The position numbers and the translations under genes are program-made. Source: an uncultured Gemmatimonadaceae bacterium (GTDB taxonomy: Bacteria > Gemmatimonadota > Gemmatimonadetes > Gemmatimonadales > Gemmatimonadaceae). Taken from it: a stretch of 64,000 nucleotides of DNA. Where the stretch lies: positions 64,001 to 128,000 of the forward strand of contig CAVUDW010000003.1 of NCBI GenBank assembly GCA_963740355.1. The letters are read 5' to 3'. A model generated the notes under the pieces. That model saw only the letters and a list, made by a program, of their open reading frames with translations, searched no databases and was not told the DNA's origin. Of this stretch, positions 60,017-64,000 are shown piece by piece. Positions within the stretch are counted from its first letter, which is position 1. Every line of letters starts with the position of its first letter.

Positions 60017-60451
60017 TCAGGGCCGGACGATGACAGCGATCACGATCACGAACAGCAGCAACGTCGGCACTTCATTGATGTAACGGCAGGCGGTCTCGCT
60101 GAACACGTAGTCGCCCGCGGCGAATCGCTTGCGCACCCAGGCGGCGAGACCGTGGTAGCCAAGCAGGAAGGCAACGGCCCCCAGCTTTGCGTGCATCCAG
60201 GGCATTTTCAGCAACGACGGATTCTGGTAGAGCATGCCCGCACCGAGTGCCAGTGCGACCACCATCGCGGGGGTCATGATCGCCCGCATCAGCCGTCGTT
60301 CCATGACCTCGAGCGTCGCCGTGACCGTTGGGTCCTCGCGATGCTGCACATGATAGACGTACAGCCGGAAGATGTAGAACAGACCGGCGTACCACGCGAT
60401 CACTGCGATCACATGCCAGGCCTTGAGCCAGAGATAACTGGAGCCCGTCAC
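60017..60451 (-). CDS. hemJ: Protoporphyrinogen IX oxidase HemJ
   Basis: WLKAWHVIAVIAWYAGLFY..RLYVYH, MERRL, WMHAKL, INEVP; GTGA overlap with bchJ. Confidence 0.9.
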   Translation of the reverse strand: MTGSSYLWLKAWHVIAVIAWYAGLFYIFRLYVYHVQHREDPTVTATLEVMERRLMRAIMTPAMVVALALGAGMLYQNPSLLKMPWMHAKLGAVAFLLGYHGLAAWVRKRFAAGDYVFSETACRYINEVPTLLLFVIVIAVIVRP

Positions 60452-61062
60452 ACGTTGAGCAGCTGGAACCGGCAGGTGGCCCCACCCTGCGCGATACACT
60501 CGACTTCAACCACGCGAACATTCGCCGCGACCAGCTCGGCGATCAATCGCTCGAAGGTGCCCGCGTAGAAGTCGCACATCGGTTGCTCCTCACGCAGGTC
60601 GCGACACATGGCGCAGTGGTCGAAGACGAGTTCAGGTGCGGTACGACCAGCCACGACATGGAACTGCCCACTGCCCGCAAATGTCCAGGCATTCGCGGAC
60701 ATGGCCTTCAGCAGAATCTTCAACCCGATCCGTCGGGGCGCCAGCCGGATCAGCAGTTGCGCGAACTGCGGAATACGATTGGCCAGCAGGTAGGTCGCCG
60801 TTCGCTGGCCTGCCTCGCGAAGCACCGGCGTGGCATGACTGGCCCCGACACGGCGCACCAGCGCATGGACCATGGCCTGCGTCTCCCGCTCATCGACCAT
60901 CGCCGTTGGCATGTGGTCCAGCGTGTACGGCGTCGCGTCGCGCAGCACAGCCTCGGCAAACGCGGGACTGAGCCGATCACGCAGCACGCCGACCAGCTGA
61001 ATGATCGCGTTGGGCCCGATCCGAGGAATGTCGTGATCGTCAGGAACTGCCAGGCTGCTCAT
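60448..61062 (-). CDS. bchJ: Bacteriochlorophyll biosynthesis protein BchJ (V4R domain)
   Basis: RIGPNAIIQ, AGQRTATYLLANRIP, AWTFAGSG, CDFYAGTFERL, VECIAQGGATCRF. Confidence 0.88.
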   Translation of the reverse strand: MSSLAVPDDHDIPRIGPNAIIQLVGVLRDRLSPAFAEAVLRDATPYTLDHMPTAMVDERETQAMVHALVRRVGASHATPVLREAGQRTATYLLANRIPQFAQLLIRLAPRRIGLKILLKAMSANAWTFAGSGQFHVVAGRTAPELVFDHCAMCRDLREEQPMCDFYAGTFERLIAELVAANVRVVEVECIAQGGATCRFQLLNV

Positions 61063-61069
61063 ACCGACC

Positions 61070-62437
61070 TCATACCGCGCGTGAGAAGCGGCGAGGCGCG
61101 TCCGAGCCGAAGCGGTAGGCGTCCAGCGTTGCGCAGAGATTGCGCAGGAAGAAGCGTCCCAGTGGCGTGACCTGCACTCGGTCGGTGTCGAACTCCACCA
61201 GCCCATCTGCAGCGTATGCCTCGAAACGATCCACGAGTTCGTACATGTCGCCGAGGAACAGGTCGTATGGCAGCTCGGCGTTGCACATCAGGTGCGTGAT
61301 GGCAGCGGCGCGATCGTCATCGTCCGGCGAGCGAACATGTCCCTTGGCGATCGAGAGCACGCCGGTGTCCAGGTCCCGTTGCCAGCTCCCCAGCTCCGGC
61401 GTGTTCTGCACGTACCAGCCATTGACCTCGGAGATGGCGCTGGTGCCGATGCCAAGCAGGTTTTCGCCGACGCGAGTCGTGTACCCCATGAAGTTGCGGT
61501 GCAGACGACCGGCGTGTGCCGCCAGCGAGAGCGGATCGTCGGGCAACGCGAAGTGATCGATGCCGAGCCACTCGTACCCTGCATCGACGAAGGACTCCAC
61601 CGCGTCACGAAAGAGTTCGAATCGCTCCGTGTTCCGGGGCAACGTGGTCTCGTCGATGCGCTTCTGGTGCGCGCGCATCCATGGGACGTGTGCATATCCG
61701 AAACAGGCCACACGATCCGGCGAGAGCGCCAGCGACTCTTCAACCGTGCGGCCAAAGCTCTCCGACGTTTGCTCCGGGAGGCCGTAGATCAGGTCGAGGT
61801 TGATGCCGCTGAAGCCGACTTCACGCGCCTGCGTCACGACCTGTCGAACCATCCACTCCGGCTGCACGCGTCCGATCGCACGCTGCACCAATGGATCGAG
61901 GTCCTGCACCCCGAAGCTGATGCGTGTGAACCCCAACTGCCGCAACTGCTCCAGCTGCGACTGGGTGACCAGCCTCGGATCCGCTTCGACAGAGCATTCG
62001 GTGCGTGCATCGATCGGGAAGGCATTGCGCAGCATGGCGGACAGCCGCCGCAGTTGCGCATCGTCGAGAAAGTTGGGCGTTCCCCCTCCCCAATGCATCT
62101 CGGCCACGCGTGGCGCGGTACCTACCGCGTCGGCCAGGATCTCGATCTCCTTCTCCAGCCGGTCCAGATAGCGGTCGACGACGGCGGTGCGAGTGGTCAC
62201 TGTCGCATTGCAGCCGCAGTACAGGCAGCGCGACGCGCAGAACGGCAGGTGCACGTAGAGGGCCAGGGGCTCGGTGCTGCCATTGAGCGTGCCGAGTTGC
62301 TGCCGCCAGGCATCGCGCGTGAACGCGCCTGTCCAATCCGGTACTGCCGGGTAGCTGGTGTACCGCGGGACGGATACATCGTAGCGCGTCAGGAGCGATG
62401 GCTCGACTCGCGGTACCGTCAATCGACTCGTCGCCAA
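61070..62437 (-). CDS. hemN: Oxygen-independent coproporphyrinogen III oxidase
   Basis: PRYTSYP, YVHLPFCASRCLYCGC (radical SAM), GGGTP, DLIYGLP, RNFMGY; TTG start at 62437 is a best guess. Confidence 0.93.
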   Translation of the reverse strand: MATSRLTVPRVEPSLLTRYDVSVPRYTSYPAVPDWTGAFTRDAWRQQLGTLNGSTEPLALYVHLPFCASRCLYCGCNATVTTRTAVVDRYLDRLEKEIEILADAVGTAPRVAEMHWGGGTPNFLDDAQLRRLSAMLRNAFPIDARTECSVEADPRLVTQSQLEQLRQLGFTRISFGVQDLDPLVQRAIGRVQPEWMVRQVVTQAREVGFSGINLDLIYGLPEQTSESFGRTVEESLALSPDRVACFGYAHVPWMRAHQKRIDETTLPRNTERFELFRDAVESFVDAGYEWLGIDHFALPDDPLSLAAHAGRLHRNFMGYTTRVGENLLGIGTSAISEVNGWYVQNTPELGSWQRDLDTGVLSIAKGHVRSPDDDDRAAAITHLMCNAELPYDLFLGDMYELVDRFEAYAADGLVEFDTDRVQVTPLGRFFLRNLCATLDAYRFGSDAPRRFSRAV

Positions 62438-62459
62438 CCGTGGCCTGTCGGAAGGAAGT

Positions 62460-64000
62460 TCAGCACGCACGGATACTCTCCTCGTGATGCTCCTGTGGAC
62501 GTGGCGTCGCATGTCCCAGCACCGGGACGGAACCCGAGAAATCCACGTCTGCCGCCAGCTCCGGACGTGCCTCGGCGATGGTGTGCAGCTGTTCCTTCGT
62601 GAAGACCTTCGACTCGTCGAACCCGAAGTCCACCTCGGCGCCGGTGGCCGTGAAGTTGATGCGGCCGAGGTCGTAGAACTTCTTGTTGAACGTCGTCTTG
62701 GCGAAGGCGCGGAGGCAGCCCATCAGGTACTTCCGCTTGAACGCATCCCGCTGGAAGGGATAGGAGAAGAACGTCTTCTTCATGTAGAACCGTGCATAGT
62801 TGCGCAGTACGCCCTTCAGGACCTGATCCCGCGTCATGTTGTCCGGCTGGATGATCGGCGTGACGAAGTTGTACTTCGCGTAATCACGCACTTCGACACG
62901 GTCGCCCAGCTCCTGGAAGAGCTCTGCGAAGGGCCACGGCGTGTACATGTTCCAGTTCGCCATGTCCGGCTTCCAGTCCTGCGAGTACTTGTACGTCTCC
63001 TCGATCGTCTCAGGGGTTTCGTTCTCCAGCCCAATGATGAACTGCGCCTCGGCGACCATGCCGGCGGCCTGGATCATCTTGATCGCCTTCTTGTTCTGTT
63101 CGCAGGTGGTCTGCTTTCGGAACCGGTCGAGCTTGAGCTGGGCGGCGGCCTCCGTCCCGAGCGAGATGTGCACCAGGCCCGCCTTGCGATAGAACGGCAG
63201 CTCGGCTTCATCGCGGAGGATGTCCGTGACGCGGGTATTGATGCCCCACTTCACGCCCAGGTCACGATCGATGAGCTCCTGGCAGAGCGCCATGAACTTT
63301 TTCTTGTTGATCGTCGGCTCCTCATCGGCGAGGATGAAGAAGCCCACGTTGAATTGCTTGACGAGGATTTCGATCTCGTCAACGAACTTCTTCGGGTCAC
63401 GCGTCCGGTACTTGCGCCAGAACTTCCACTGCGAGCAGAAGCGGCAGGTGAAGGGGCAGCCACGCGCAAAGTTCGGCACGGCCACACGGCAGTTGAGCGG
63501 GATGTAGATGTACTTGTCCCACTCCAGCAGCGACCAGTCGGGCGTCAGTGCATCGAGGTCGGCGATCGGTGGACGCGCCGTGGTCGCGACGACATTGCCA
63601 TTCTCGAGGAAGGCGATGCCGCGGATGTTGTGCTTGTTGGTCCGGTCGGTCCCATCGCGCATGGCAGATAGGAGCTCGACGGCGATCTCCTCCCCTTCTC
63701 CGCGAACGATGTACTCGATCCAGGGTGCCTCGCTGAAGACCTGCTGATACATGAACGTCGGGTGGATCCCACCGAGGACCGTCCGCACATCGGGATTCAC
63801 CTCACGGGCAATCTGCAGTGTTCGCTGCGCCTGATAGATCATCGGCGTGATTGCCGTGGCCAGCACCGCGTCCGGCTTCAACTCGATGAGTCGACGGCGA
63901 AGCGATTCGTCGTCGATGTGATTCGTCATCGCGTCGACGAACGTGATGTCCGTGAACCCGGCCGACTTGAGCGCGCCGCCGATGTACGCCACCCAGCCCG
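62460..64000 (-). CDS. bchE: Anaerobic Mg-protoporphyrin IX monomethyl ester cyclase (B12-dependent radical SAM); 5' end outside the window
   Basis: GWVAYIGGALK, GGIHPTF, RGEGEE, ARGCPFTCRFCSQWKFW, ILADEEPT, GTEAAAQ, NWNMYTPWPF. Confidence 0.93.
   Translation of the reverse strand, partial: GWVAYIGGALKSAGFTDITFVDAMTNHIDDESLRRRLIELKPDAVLATAITPMIYQAQRTLQIAREVNPDVRTVLGGIHPTFMYQQVFSEAPWIEYIVRGEGEEIAVELLSAMRDGTDRTNKHNIRGIAFLENGNVVATTARPPIADLDALTPDWSLLEWDKYIYIPLNCRVAVPNFARGCPFTCRFCSQWKFWRKYRTRDPKKFVDEIEILVKQFNVGFFILADEEPTINKKKFMALCQELIDRDLGVKWGINTRVTDILRDEAELPFYRKAGLVHISLGTEAAAQLKLDRFRKQTTCEQNKKAIKMIQAAGMVAEAQFIIGLENETPETIEETYKYSQDWKPDMANWNMYTPWPFAELFQELGDRVEVRDYAKYNFVTPIIQPDNMTRDQVLKGVLRNYARFYMKKTFFSYPFQRDAFKRKYLMGCLRAFAKTTFNKKFYDLGRINFTATGAEVDFGFDESKVFTKEQLHTIAEARPELAADVDFSGSVPVLGHATPRPQEHHEESIRAC

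Overview
GC-rich bacterial chromosomal window with about 50 protein-coding genes. I found no rRNA, tRNA, CRISPR array or mobile element. Gene content (PEP-CTERM protein, three Hanks-type kinases, ECF sigma/kinase pairs, many secreted peptidases, bchE-bchJ) suggests a phototrophic Gemmatimonadota-like organism; this is inference, not a database result. In order: (1) Tyr catabolism: APC permease, hmgA, a catalytically eroded FAH-fold gene, hppD and acetoacetate-CoA ligase. (2) Secreted hydrolases, peptidases and lipoproteins, plus a MASE1-GGDEF cyclase. (3) A phenylacetate cluster (paaABCD and paaGHIJYZK) with no paaE, no paaX and no canonical paaF. It is split by an opposite-strand fused E1 alpha/beta 2-oxoacid dehydrogenase and flanked by a very divergent Glu/Leu/Phe/Val-dehydrogenase-like gene, giving a candidate direct route Phe -> phenylpyruvate -> phenylacetyl-CoA. 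(4) A PEP-CTERM gene, and metY under a sigma70 promoter and a SAM-II-like riboswitch. (5) Kinase, GNAT, flippase and GT2. (6) Two mirror-image ECF-sigma/Ser-Thr-kinase modules, each divergent from secreted cargo genes and sharing a same-spaced promoter-like motif. (7) A bchE-hemN-bchJ-hemJ tetrapyrrole operon running off the right edge. Product calls rest on motif recognition in the translations, not on database searches. Several start codons were re-placed by hand.
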